From the NCBI RefSeq assembly GCF_020745735.1, contig NC_083425.1, forward strand, positions 30,553,575 to 30,617,574: 64,000 nucleotides of DNA, in the 5' to 3' direction. Numbering within the stretch: position 1 is the stretch's first letter; every line of letters starts with the position of its first letter. The notes beneath the pieces were generated by a model. That model worked only from the letters and a program-made list of their open reading frames with translations. It ran no database searches and was not told the origin of the DNA. This document shows positions 13,246 through 26,050 of the stretch, in pieces. Position numbers and translations under genes: made by a program. Source of the DNA: Hemiscyllium ocellatum. Its lineage: Eukaryota.

Positions 13246-13374
13246 TGAGGGAAGAATATAAAATTTTTTCAAAGGCTCTTGAGATTTTCTTGAGGGCTAT
13301 ATTTTGATTGTTGGGCATTCCATTTATTAGGTGATGCAGTCACATGCTATCAATATCTTCTATATTTGTAATGA

Positions 13375-13745
13375 GATGGGGTGACCTTACTGAGGTTTAT
13401 AAATTCATGAGCGGTGTCGACCAAGTGAATGACAAGGGTCTTTTCCCTAAAGTGGGGAGATTCAAAACTAGGGACAATATTTTTAAGGTGAGAGGAGAAA
13501 GATTTAAAAAAGGACACAAATGCCAACTCTTTTACACAGAGAGTGGTTTGCCTGTAGACTGAACTGCCAGAGAAAGTGGTAGTACAGTTGCAATGCTTAA
13601 AAGACTACTGGATAAGTTCATGAATAGGAAGGGTTTGAGGGACATGGCCCAAGTATAGGCAGGTGGTATTAGTTTAGTTTAGGAATATAGTTTGTGTTGG
13701 CTGGTTGGACCAAAGGGTTTTTTTCCATGCTGTATGACTCTATGT
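13375..13745 (+). mobile_element. CR1 3' end fragment
   Basis: GDLTEVYKFM.G.D...FKVRGERFK; tail ctgtatgactctatg. Confidence 0.85.
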
Positions 13746-14889
13746 GGACTCACACTGAAGCAGAATTAGAAGAATTCAACAAGGACTTCACAAATGATCA
13801 ACCTTCTATTAAACTTTGAGCCACAACATTCAGAAAAAACATTAGTTTCCTAGATAACTCTATTTAAATTGGCACAATGGAACAGGTATAAAGTTATCAA
13901 AGTTTTTGCAAAATAACTGACACACACCCCTGCACAGAGATAGTTGCTGTCCTAAATACATCTTCTTTTGACTGATGAGGTCACAACTACCACATTTTAA
14001 TTGCATATGCACAAAACTGGGACATTTGAACTAGGCAGTGGTTAGTTTTTACTGTGCTGCAGATTTAAGTTTAATAATCGACACATGGCATTTGTTACAA
14101 TAGCACCTAATGCATTTTCCCTCAAGAATAGCTCCTGAGCATCTGCAGCCTCATAATCGAGGCTCCAGTTACACTTGCAACGAATTAACTACCTCAGTGA
14201 TTTCAAGCTTTCCTGGCTCATAGTTATCAGAAAATTCCTTTGTTGGCAGGCTTAGAACTGTTCTGTCTCCTTTTGCAGCCGCCCTGCCCACCCCTAGTAG
14301 CCTCCCTCTCTCCCATGCAGCATGTCTCTTCACCCCTCCCTACCCCTTCATACTTCCCTCTTTGTCTGCTATTACAACCTCCTGCTTCTCACTTTTGCAG
14401 TCCCTTCTCTCTCTCGCCACTTTGCAGCCTTCCTATCTTCCCAATTCTCCTTATCCCTACCTTATTCCTCTTGCAGTCTCCTTTGTACCCGAGTCTTCTT
14501 GCAGCTGAATCCTGATAAACCCAGCCTCGCCCCTTCTTCATCCCTCTTACAGTCTCCTTCTCACCCAAACCTATTGGAGCCTCACTCTTCAATACCCCCA
14601 ATCTCTCTTGGAGCTGCTTCTACCCCCTCAGCAGGCAAATCTTCTGACCAAAGGGACCACCCCTCCTCTACTCAACTAAAGTCTTGGCTATCAGCAAAAG
14701 CCACAGCCCCATTTCTCCTTGCAAAATTTCTAATTCCCAATATATGGGAGAACGTTCCCATGACGACTCTCTCCCTGCCATCATTAACTTAAATGCTTGC
14801 TTCTTTTCCAATTGCAGACTGTGTCTTTACTGCATTCACTCACCAGTGAATTGAGCAGAAGGTACCACGAGAAAGAAACAGCCTATGCT

Positions 14890-15157
14890 TGAAGGTGAGA
14901 GGAGAGATTTTAAAAAAGACGAAAGAGGCAAATGTTTTACACAGAGGGTGTTTCACGTTTGGAATAAACTTCCTGAGGAAGTGGTGGATCTGGGTACAAT
15001 TACAAGTTTTAAACGGCATTTGGATAGATACACGAATAGGAAAGATTTGGAGGGATATGGACCAGGAGCATGCAGGTGGGGCTAGTTTAGTTCAGGATTA
15101 TGTTCAGCATGGACTGTTTGGGCCAAAGGGTCTGTTTCTGTGTTGTATGACTCTATG
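14890..15157 (+). mobile_element. CR1 3' end fragment
   Basis: FTQRVFHVWNKLPEEVV...FKRHLDRY; tail tatgactctatg. Confidence 0.85.
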
Positions 15158-15314
15158 CCTCAATGAGTAACTCCTCACTTAATCTCTCATTTTTACTTAC
15201 AGGGAAGAGCGTTCTCTGATTGGTCACTCCAATGATTTTTTCCAGGTGTTTTGGGGGCAAATTCACCTACAACCCCAATAAGTGGTTAGGTCAATATGAA
15301 GGTTTCCATAACAC

Positions 15315-15540
15315 TATTTTAAAAAAGAGCAGGGGATTATCCATGCTACCCTGGTCAATATTTATTGTCCTATCAAATTACTTGATTGTGATCAAATTTG
15401 GATGTAGGAACTTGCTAAGCACAAAATTGACTGCTGGGTTTCCTACATTACAACAGTGACTTGTTTGCAAAAAAATGCTTGTAAAGTTCTTTGAGATATT
15501 CAGCAGTTGTGAAAAACCTGTATTAATGCAAGTTATTTTT
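15315..15540 (+). mobile_element. Deu-domain SINE 3' part
   Basis: tttcctacattacaacagtgact...taatgcaagtt, similar to 37150-37300. Confidence 0.55.
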
Positions 15541-15904
15541 CTTAGCATACTTAATTATATGGTCATTCAAGGTTTTAGCACTCCAAGCACTGAACAGCCT
15601 CAAAGGTTTTCAAATACACTCTGACAACAATACACTGCTCATGTAGGTTTTTTTTATTGTAAAGTCAATTTCTCCCCACTTCTGTAGAAGGTGCAGACTC
15701 TTACTGGAGTACAGTTCTCTGGGAAACAGCAACTCTTTCATTCTTTACTTAAGCAGTCATTCACAATGTGAGAATTGGACAATGCAGACAGCAAAACAGT
15801 TGAAAGATGAGTAGACAGAGGAAACCTAGTGCACTTCTCTGCTCCCTTTCTTGGGGTATCAGAGCAAGTGTAGCACATGAAAAGTTTTCTTAGCTACAAC
15901 TGAG

Positions 15905-16423
15905 GAGCCGCTCCCTCACCACCTGATGCCTGGAGGAAGAACGCCTCATCTTACACCTCGGAACACTTCAACCCCAGGGCATCAATGTGGACTTTACCAG
16001 TTTCCTCATTTCCCCTTCCCCCACCTCACCTCAGTTCCAAACTTCCAGCTCAGCACCGTCCCCATGACCTGTCCTACCAGCCTATCTTCTTTTCCACCTA
16101 TCCACTCCACCCTCCTCTCTGACCTATCACCTTCATCCCACCCCCATCCACCCATTGTACTCTTTGCTACCTTCCCCCACCCTTCTCCCTGACCTATCAG
16201 CTTCATCCCCAGCCCCATTCACCTATTGTACTCTATGTTACTTTCTCCCCAACCCCACCCTCCTCTCATTTATCTCTCCACCCTTCAGGCACTCTGCCTG
16301 TGTTCCTGGTGTTGCCTGAAAAGTTGATTTTCCTGCTCCTCAGAAGCTGCCTGAACTGCTGTGCTTTTCCAGCACCACTCTACTCCAGAATCTGGTTTCC
16401 AGCATCTGCAGTCATTGTTTTTA
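15905..16423 (+). mobile_element. PLE 3' fragment with 16-bp TSD
   Basis: LEEERLI..LGTLQPQGINVDF remnant, C-rich tract and tail. cttagctacaactgag at 15889-15904 and 16424-16439. Hammerhead region partly deleted. Confidence 0.85.
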
Positions 16424-16475
16424 CTTAGCTACAACTGAGCCCAATCTACAAATCAAGTTGACTGTCTTACTATCA

Positions 16476-16618
16476 CACAACACCAGGTAATAGTCCAACA
16501 GGTTTACTTGGAAGCCCCCACTAGGTAGTGCTTTCAAATAAACCTGCTGGACTATAACCTGGTGTTGTGTGATTTTTAACTTTGCTCACCCCAGTCTAAC
16601 ACCGGTACGTCCATGTCA
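16476..16618. mobile_element. Fold-back element of a further family: 44-bp arms, about 45-nt single tail, 13-bp TSD
   Basis: Arms 16472-16515 and 16530-16573. tgtcttactatca at 16463-16475 and 16619-16631. Confidence 0.75.
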
Positions 16619-16831
16619 TGTCTTACTATCAGAAGTGATAAAATATAAATAGGTGAATATAGAGAAATTATCTTTTTTGCATTTTTGATTCACTTTTATT
16701 TTCTCTGAAAATAGTAATTCTGGTGGAGCTGTCAAAGGGTTGATGTTGAATTTTCATTGCAACATAATATAATTTACTAGAAATATCCAAAATTTCAGAT
16801 TTTATTGATGGATAAGCAAAGAAAATCTTAC

Positions 16832-17109
16832 TTGTCAAAGATGGCCTTATTGTTGATAAACTGGAAGAAAGTTGGTTCACAGGTGAGTCCATGCTCTTGA
16901 CAGGCATTCGTACAAGATTGTGCTGTTGCTGATACTTGGAATTGCATTGAGCTTACAGGAGGCCAGGTGAGCACTTTGGTGGCATTTGGAGACCAGAAAT
17001 GTCCAGTGACATTTTGAGGAAACGTGATTCGATTGGTGGCATTAGGTGAGGGTACAAAATGCTGTGCAAGATTCTGAGGCCATGATAGAAATACTGTGTC
17101 ACACAGATC
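16832..17109 (-). CDS. MGAT5B: MGAT5B penultimate coding exon (278 bp, phase 0/2): DLCDTVFLSWPQNLAQHFVPSPNAT...TWPPVSSMQFQVSATAQSCTNACQEHGLTCEPTFFQFINNKAIFD(K)
   Basis: Open frame with WPP, C..C and CEP.FF motifs; acceptor ttttttgtaacag, donor AA|gtaaga. The long insert before WPP is typical of MGAT5B rather than MGAT5. Confidence 0.93.
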
Positions 17110-17549
17110 CTGTTACAAAAAAGACGAAAAGAAATGGCGTTGGTACATATGCTGTCATAATTAGATATCTTTCAGTTGGAAACTAAATTGGGTGTTAAAA
17201 GTTAACTAGCCAATACAACTTTAAAACTTCACCTTGGTGAGGAAAGAACCTGAACACCACATTTTGTAAGGGAAATGGGAAGAAACTGTGTACGATATGG
17301 AATCATACTACCTTCACTTGATTTGCTTATTTGATCCTATTGCAGACTATAAAGTAGGCACGGCAATCAAATTCCAAGAGTGAGCTGATTTGGGCAACTG
17401 ATGGATTGGAGCAAAACTTAACCAGAATAACCTGGGTGGTCTAGTGAGTTGAAGTGTGCAGAGTTAGAGTGGGGAGCATCTACAGGCGCAGTCATTCTAT
17501 AAACTATTAAGAGTACACTTTGGGAGGGAGAATAATCTTTCTAATAACC

Positions 17550-17892
17550 CTGCCAGAATTGACAGCATGGACACAGAAGGTTGTTTCCCCCTGGGGGAAG
17601 AGTCTAGGACAGGGGTTATAATCTCAGAGTAAGGAGCTGCACAGTTAGGACAGAGATGAGGAGGAATTTTTTCTTAGGGAATCTGTGGAATTCTTGACTG
17701 CAGAGAATTGTAAAGGCTGGGTAATTAAGTATATTTAAGGCTGAGATAGAATTTTAATCAGTAAGGGGATCAAGGGTTGTAGGGAAAAGGCAGGAAATTT
17801 GAATTGAGGATTATGAGATCAGCCATAATCTCATTAAAAAGCAGTGGAGACTGACTGGGCCGAATGGCCTACTTCTGCTCCCATGTCTTATA
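17550..17892 (+). mobile_element. CR1 3' end fragment
   Basis: gagtctaggac...gaggaattttttct...tgtggaattc...gaatggcctacttctgctcc. Confidence 0.75.
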
Positions 17893-19811
17893 AACATAGG
17901 AATGTCTGAAGATGATTGCACCAGGCCATTATCAAGAACAATGACAGTTATTAAATGCACTCTTGTTTTCTTTCTCACTTGACTTCTGTGCTCACTGACC
18001 TACATTATTTTCTAGACCGAGATGTATTTTTAAAAAGAAATTCAGATAGCTGATTTTAAATTCCTTCATGGCTTCCCCATCTTCCTACTTCTGTAACCTC
18101 ATTCAGTACTACCCCAGTTCAAGATCATGATCCTAATGCCTTTAGTTCTGACCTATAACATAATTGTGCGAATACTGGATGTCTATTTCATCCCTACAGC
18201 TTTAAAGTACATCAGGCTTTCTAACATTCGTCATAATATATCCACATGAGACTTATTGTTAAATTTTGTTCACAAACACTTCAGTGAAGCATGTTGGGAT
18301 GCTTTACTTGGTTAAAGGTGCTACCTGGATGTAAAATGCTTTTGTCTTTGTGATTGTCGTTTATAATGTTAACATTCTTGTTGATTTTTGGGAGTAGGCA
18401 CATTTTCACAAATTACTTTGTGCATCATTTTCTTCCTGCAATATTTTTAAAGTTGAATTTACTGAATTTTCACTGGAATTGGTAATACATGTGGAGTGTG
18501 AAGTCCATGACTTGTCATGTGTTGTGACGTACATTTCAGTACCTGTAAAATTTATTGCAAATTCAGATTAACTTGGATTGTGCTTCTAATAATAAGTTCA
18601 AACTTTTAATCCACTAATGGCTTCAGAAAGTTGCAGATTACAAATCTGCTTACACTAGACAGACATCTCATGTTTTTCAATGTTATTGTTCAAATCCAAA
18701 GCAAGGTGGTGCTGTATTCCAAGGAAAAACCTATCATCTGTGGAATTGCAATCTGCCAGATTGTTAGCTCGAGGCATTCTAACACTTTCAGATGCTTCTG
18801 CCATTTTTTTTATTGCACTGCACAGGCATTTGTGTGAAATTCAAATACAGAATAGTCATGGGCATCACTGAAGGCACTTTACTCCTCGGTAAGTAAAAAG
18901 AAAACAGTAAAAACTTGTTTGGAACAATTCCTTAGCACATAAAAATTCATTTTGTGCAAACTCCATTTTCCTAACTTAAACTTGTGAAAAGGTTAAAAGA
19001 TAAGCTTTTAACATGCCATTATTCTGGTATTGACCCGTTTAATTTTGAAGAATATCACAAAGTCTTATTTCTTTAACATCCTTGGACCACATGAAAGACT
19101 AGCAGAATATAAACAGGAATCCCTTAACTCTTCATTCAACATTCATCTCATTTTATGGAAAACAATATGCTCACCAAATTCTATTTGACGATTTTGTAAA
19201 ACCAGTGTTGTTACTAAAAGGAAATATCATTGTTGTAACCATGGTAGCTCAACACTAAAGAAGCAGTAGTTGACTTCAAGGCTCAGATCACATGCTTGCA
19301 TACCAAGCAGCCATTTTAGGAACAGCATTGCCAAAGGCTTGGAAACATTTCCATTGTGAAAAGCAGGAGAGTTTGCATGCTCTTTAGGAAGGGAATGTGG
19401 GAGAGGCTTAATGAGTATCAACAAAAAAACAAACAAATAATGATGAGATTAATATGAATGCATTTATGTGTCCTTCCTTTTTAAAGATTAATGCTACCAA
19501 TCAAATAGAAGATCAGAATTTAACAGACAAGATTATTTTACTTTAGCATAATACAAGCAATTTCTGGGTAACATTTGGAAAATTAACAAAGAAGATGCTT
19601 GGAAAAATATGCTCCCTTTCTCATTTTTTTACTCAAGATTTTGTGGATGATAAGTGTTCTACTCATGTGGATAATGCCTTTATATCAAAGATTGGGCTGC
19701 TTTTGATATGAAACAAAGCCACTGGCAATGATATAAGAAAACTGACAGCTGACAAAGTACAGCATGGGAAGAGTGACCTGTGAGAAGAAAGAAAAAACTT
19801 GATTGACACAC

Positions 19812-19886
19812 CTGGTATTGGATGTAAGCATGGACACGCTCCAGCATCCCTTCACAAGTAAATTCATATGGAAGATAAGGTTCAAC
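19812..19886 (-). CDS. MGAT5B: MGAT5B coding exon (75 bp): VEPYLPYEFTCEGMLERVHAYIQYQ
   Basis: PY.PYEFTCEGML.R motif of GnT-V/IX; acceptor gattag, donor CAG|gtgtgt; 25 codons. Confidence 0.95.
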
Positions 19887-21779
19887 CTAATCAGCATAAA
19901 ATGATATATTACAAGTGAAAACAATCAGATAAATAATATATTTACAATGACCAAATTTAATAATACTAAGGTTTGTAATTAATTTTCCAATTCAAACCTT
20001 GCACTACATTTACAAATATTTCACTGCAATATGTGAATAAATTTGCTCAGCATAAATAAATAGAATTTTTTCCTATGTCAGCATTAGACATTTTTCAATA
20101 ATTGAAGCATATCCTGAAATAGAGAGTTCTCAATTATGGTCCTGTATATTTGAGTGAAATATAATGAACTCTTTTCACTTCAGTACTCTAGGCAACGAGC
20201 TCCATCACATCATTTCTGCCTAACACCATCAGACAGATACATAATGGCTGCAGTGCCAAATCAGAATGAATTAGATTTCCTTAAATTAAATGTGCTTGCT
20301 TTGTATTCTCGACTTTTAGCTGCCATTATACAACTTTATTACAGCCACCTGAATATTTATTGGTGAGTTGAAATGCAGGGATATGTTACAAATCTTTTAA
20401 ATATCAGTCTTACTATAATTAAGAGAACGCAAGGAATGCTTGGACTATTATATCACACTGGTGAAATGCTGATCTGGCACTGAGATATTGCAGCTTGCTG
20501 CTGAAAACCTGTCTAACAATGTTTGAATTTCTTGCAGTCTCCTGGAGACCGCTAATTAAGAAATCATTCGATCTAAGTCATGTTCATACTTTCCTTATTG
20601 TAGAATATTTTTCAAGCAAAGAAAAAAACAACTTTATTTCCTCACTTGAATACATAACTATTCAACCATTATTTAAGAGTGAAGTGTCCCAAGGCTATCA
20701 TATATTTTTCTTAATGGCTCACAGAGATGAAATGCATCTTTGCCCCAGAACTAATGTATGAAGTAACTGTGCATGAATGTGTTATAATGTTGTGCGATGG
20801 GCATATTCATGCATTATAGACATGATCCAAATACTTTTCTGGGGATCAAACTGGAAATTACATAAATAAACATTTCAGACAATGTTTTGTTATGGAACCA
20901 TTAAATATTATAATCCAAATTTCCTTATGCTTATATTAAAACATTCATAACACACTATTACTTATGTATTGGAGAAAATGGCCAGAAGTCATAGAGCACG
21001 GCAAGGGGCAGTATACAGAAAGATTAAAATGTACCAGAACTATATGGAGACATTCATAAATCTTAGCCTATTTATTTGCATTTAAGGTGACACATTTCAT
21101 ATGAGACTCTAATTTCTTGTCAAGAAAAATGAAAAAATAACTTCAATCATGCATAAAGATCCACTCCCACCTGCCCACCAGTATCAGCTTTCCACAGCAT
21201 TCACACTGATTGTTTCATGCTATATCATAATGCAAAGACGGAGAGGAAATGGGAGACTGGCAAACAGGAGATACTCTGGGAGAGTCCAGAACAGAATGTG
21301 CTCTTCTGTGTTGATTATAGTACTATCACCCCCCTGTTTTTCAATCTCAGCATCCGATATTTTCTATTTTACACATGGACATATGAACATGTTGCAATCC
21401 AGAGGAAAAAAAGAGGAAAATGTAAATAACAGAGCTGGCTGAAAGATGGGAGAGAATATCATAAACAGAACTCACTGTTCAGGCAATCTATCTACCTGGA
21501 ACGACAGAAGTGTCACCTTCACAAATGAGAAATGCACAAGGATACTATGAGATGGATTCCATTGTTGCAATGGAACAAAGTTGGGCATCATAACAGAAAA
21601 ATCAGCAGTGGGATGATCACATGGCCATGGTGGAGACTGTATGATTTTCTATTGATTCACTTCAATGGACATGGGCTCTGCTACTGGACTGTGATTCAAT
21701 TAACTGATTTTCTCTACCTTCAGTACTCAGGAAAGTCAACGTACTCAGGTACTGCAACATGAACATCTGTCCCCCAGAG

Positions 21780-22320
21780 AATCAGAGAATAGTATTATAG
21801 GAAGGTTGTTGCACCGTGGGTGACCACTTGACCTGTTATGTCCATGCTGGCTCTTTGTAAGAACAACTCAGCTAGGCCCAGTTTTTCTGTGGCGGTGTCA
21901 TTTGTTTTCCTCAGATATTTATTTAATTCTCTTTGAAACCCACAAGTAAATTTGTTTCTGTCATCCTCTCAGACAGTGCATTCCAGATCCTAAACAATTG
22001 CAATTTAAAAACATTTTCCTCAAGTCACTTCTGGTACTTTTTCCGTCACCTTACCACTGTGTCTTCTGCTTCAGAACCCCTTGTGCCCATCGGAACAGTT
22101 TCTGCATATCCATTCAGTCCTCACTTCTCATGACTTTGAACACCTTCATCAAATCCTCTGTCAGCATTCTTCTGTCTGAGGAAAACAGCCCCAGCTTTGC
22201 CAATCCAAATGTAACTGAAGTGGCATGTCCCTGGATGCATTTCATAAATCATTTCTGCATTCTTTGCATGGTCTTTACATCCTCATAAAGTTCAGTGCCC
22301 AGAATTGGACACAATACTCC
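21780..22320 (-). mobile_element. Degraded CR1 3' fragment
   Basis: Reverse complement of EYCVQFW (cccagaattggacacaatactcc) and the downstream CR1 region. Confidence 0.65.
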
Positions 22321-22403
22321 ATCTCTCATCAAGGAAGCAGCTGATGGATCCATGTCATTTCATTGAATCAGTCTGCACTGGAACAACAGCAAACTTCACA
22401 CAA

Positions 22404-22497
22404 CTGTTCTGAAGAAGAGTCATACTGGACTCAAACGTTAACTCTGTCTCTACAAGAGCTGCTGGACCTGCTGAGTTTCTCCAGCATTTTCTGTGCT
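22404..22497 (+). mobile_element. Short PLE-terminus element (second family) beginning at the hammerhead motif
   Basis: gtt-CTGAAGA-a-gagtc-atactg-gactc-(G lost)AAA-cgtt-aac, then gacctgctgagtttctccagca. Confidence 0.65.
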
Positions 22498-23019
22498 GAT
22501 GCCTGAGATTAATCAGTTTGACGTTCATTGGTGCTTTTACCCAAAACACAGATGTCCTATTTCAACATGCTGTTCAACACCTTAAGATCTGCACCAACAT
22601 GAAGTGGCAGGAGATACTGGCAGGGTTTTTCAATAGATTTTACATTTCCTATTGAGGACAACTGCCCTTCAGTTGTGCAACATCCCATGGTGCACATCAA
22701 TACATGAATGTTCAAATTGTCTGTGGTCGCTGCCAAATCAGTATACTTGTGAATTCAGTTCCTTGGAAATGCCCCTATTTCTGAAGAGTAATTATTGATC
22801 CTCCATTTAGCCCAGGACAAAGACAAGTTTGATAATTGTCTCCTCAAATGTATAGCAATCTGCTGGTTTTAATAACTTATAATAATACTATACAACTTTT
22901 CACAGTGATGTGGAGACATAATTGTACACTGTCAAGCTATACAATGTTCAATGTACAATATACAAGTGTCAGCAGATGGTGCACAACACAGCCATATGCA
23001 TGTTCATTTGCTTTCTGAG

Positions 23020-26000
23020 AAACAGCATAGAAGGAGTCCATTTAATCCATTGTGTCTGCACTGGCTCATTAAACAAGCAATGTTACCCAGTACCAATCTT
23101 TTGCTTTTCCCTCATACCCGTGCACAATACTTTTTATCCAAATAATTATCCAATGCCCCCTTGAACACTTCAATTAAACTTGCCTTCACCACGCTTCCAG
23201 GCTATGCATTCCATAACCTAACTACTTGCTGAGTGCTAAAGTCTTTAATCACTTCACCCTTGTTTCTGTAGATCACTTTAAATCTATGGACTCTTGTTCC
23301 TGTTCCTTTTATGAATTGAACAGGTTCTTTATCTACTTTATTCATGTCGTGATTTTGAAACCTCTATCAAACCATCTCTTAGCCTACTTCCCTCCATGAA
23401 GAATGATCCCAATTTCTTCAATCTATCCTCATAACTGAAATTCTTTATCCCTGGAATTATTCTTTAAACTAATTCTGCATTGTCTCTAATGTGTTCACAT
23501 CCTTCCTTTCAGCTGAAGTCTACCAAGCATCTTATACAGGTTCAACATTATTTTCTTGCTCTTGTACTCTCTGCTCCTATTAATTAAGCTGACAATACCG
23601 TATACTCTATTAATTACATTAGATTAGATTACTTACAGTGTGGAAACAGGCCCTTCGGCCCAATAAGTCCACACCGACCCGCCGAAGCGTAACCCACCCA
23701 ATACCCCTACATTTACCCCTTACCTAACACTACGGGCAATTTAGCATGGCCAACTCACCTGACCCGCACATCTTTGGACTGTGGGAGGAAACCAGAGCAC
23801 CCGGAGGAAACCCACGCAGACACAGGGAGAATGTGCAAACTCCGCACAGTCAGTTGCCTGAGTCGGGAATTGAACCTGGGTCTCAGGCGCTGTGAGGCAG
23901 CAGAGCTAACCACTGAGCCACCGTGCCACCCACAAATTATTCTCTCCACCTGATCTGTGCACATATACAACCAGATTCATCTGCTCCTTCACCCCCTTAA
24001 AATTATGTCCCCTATCTTGCATTATCTTTCAATGTCCTTTTCCACCAAAATGTATCAGCTCACAATTCTTTGCATTGAAACTTACCTCCCATCTATTTGT
24101 CTACTCCACCAACTTGTCTGTGTCCTTCTGGAATTCTACACTTTCTTCTTCATACTTCAAAATATTTTCAAGTTTTGTGTGATTTGCAAACTTTGAAATT
24201 GTCCCCTACACACTAAGAGACAGATGGTTAATATATAAACAGGGAGAAAAAAAAACAAGGGGCCCAATACTGAACTCCAATACAAACCTTCCTCAAGTCT
24301 GGAAAATATCAATTAATTGATGTTCTCTGTTTCATATCACTCAGCTAATTTTATATTCATGTTGCTAAAGGCCTTTAGCTTTCCTCACAATTCTGTTGTT
24401 TGTCACAGTAACAAACACTGTCTGGAAATCCATGCCCACCGCATCAACAGTGTTATTTTCATTGAGCCTTTCTGTTGCCTCTCCAAAATATTCCAGAAAG
24501 CTTGTTAAACATGATTTCCCTTTAGAAATCCATGCTGACTCTTCTTAATCAACCCATCTTTTTAAAAAAAACTACTAATTCTATCCCAAATAATTGTCTT
24601 TTGAAACTTACTCACCATTGAAGTTAAATTGACTGGCCTGCAATTGCTGGGCTTATCTTTAAAACCTTCTTGAACAAGACTGACATGGTTTAAAGTTTCT
24701 CATCTTTTGGCATCTCCTCTGAATCTAGGCAAAAGTGCAAGACTGTGGTCTGCGCACTCTACATTTTCTACTTTCATTTCCTTCAAAATCCAGTCTTGGT
24801 GCTTTGTCAAATTTAAGTACCAACAATCTATCCAACAATTCTGCCTTATCAATTTTGAATCCTTCTAATGACTGAGTTTCCATCCTCTGTCATCATAGCC
24901 TGGGTGACATCTATTTCTTTAGTAAAGACTTTGGCCAACTATTCAACTAGGATCTCAACCATGCTCCCACCTCCAAGTGTAATTCCCCTTTTTGGTCCCT
25001 ACTATGACCTGTACCTCCTATTACCACTCTTTTACTATTGATTTGGACATAGATTTGGGACATGTTGGCTGCCAATCTTTTCTCACAATTGCTCTTTGGT
25101 TCTCTTAATTGATTTTTCACATCCCCTCTGAACCTTCAATATTCCTCTTGGTTTTACCTGACATTTGTCATAAACATTCATTTTCTTTTACTTCTTAATT
25201 TACATCTCTTTTGTTATCCAGGGTGCTTTGAATTTGTTTAATGTATCCCAATCGTGGGACTATACCCTGAGTACATCCGGATCATCACCTCTTTGAAGGT
25301 AGCCTGTTGTACAGTGACTGTTTTTCCTGCCAACCTCTCATTCCTGTCAATCCTGCCCAGCTCTGTTCTTGGCCATTGAAGTCTGCTCCATGCCAATTGA
25401 TTTTTCTCGGTTTGCATTGTGATGTGTCATTCTTCATCATCATCCTGATAATCATCGTCTCTTAAATGTTCCCTAAATGACACTTCATCCACTTGACCCA
25501 ACTATTTCCAAGAGCCAGGCATAACCATGCATCCTTTCTTGTTGGACTAGAGGCACACTGCTGTAGGAAGCTCTCCCATAATCAGTCCAGGAACACTTGG
25601 CCCTCCCTCTCCTATACGTTACAAATATTTCATTCCATGTTTGGATCATTGAAGTCTCCCATTATAAGTGCCATTATAATGTTGGCATCTCTCAGTAATT
25701 TCCATACAGATTTGTTCTTTCATCTTGTTTCCATTAGTTGATGATCTATTGACTACACTTAGCAACGTAACTATACCTTTTAGTTCCTTAGTTCCAGCCA
25801 CACTGATTCTGTGATTGGACCTTCCGAGACATCCTCGTTCTCCAGTGCTGCAATACCCTCCTTAACCAATATTGCTATCCTTCCTCTTTTCCTTCGTTTT
25901 CTTTCTTCTCTGAATATCTTGTACCTAAGAATATTTAACATCAAGTCTGTACATTCCTTGATCCAAGTATCTGTTACTGCCATGACATCAAAATTCCAAG

Positions 26001-26050
26001 CACCTGTAACTCCCCAACTGTATTTACTATACATTGTGCATTCATATACG
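23020..26050 (-). mobile_element. Long degraded CR1 ORF2 remnant interrupted by a SINE
   Basis: The minus ORF 25780-26055 has APE-like AVTDTW..., ESVWLELRN. RT and 3' UTR remnants lie towards 23020. Confidence 0.7.
23618..23931 (-). mobile_element. Young HE1/V-type tRNA SINE
   Basis: Box A and B head, V-domain, (TCTAA)n tail. Near-identical to the 43466-43769 copy. Confidence 0.92.
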
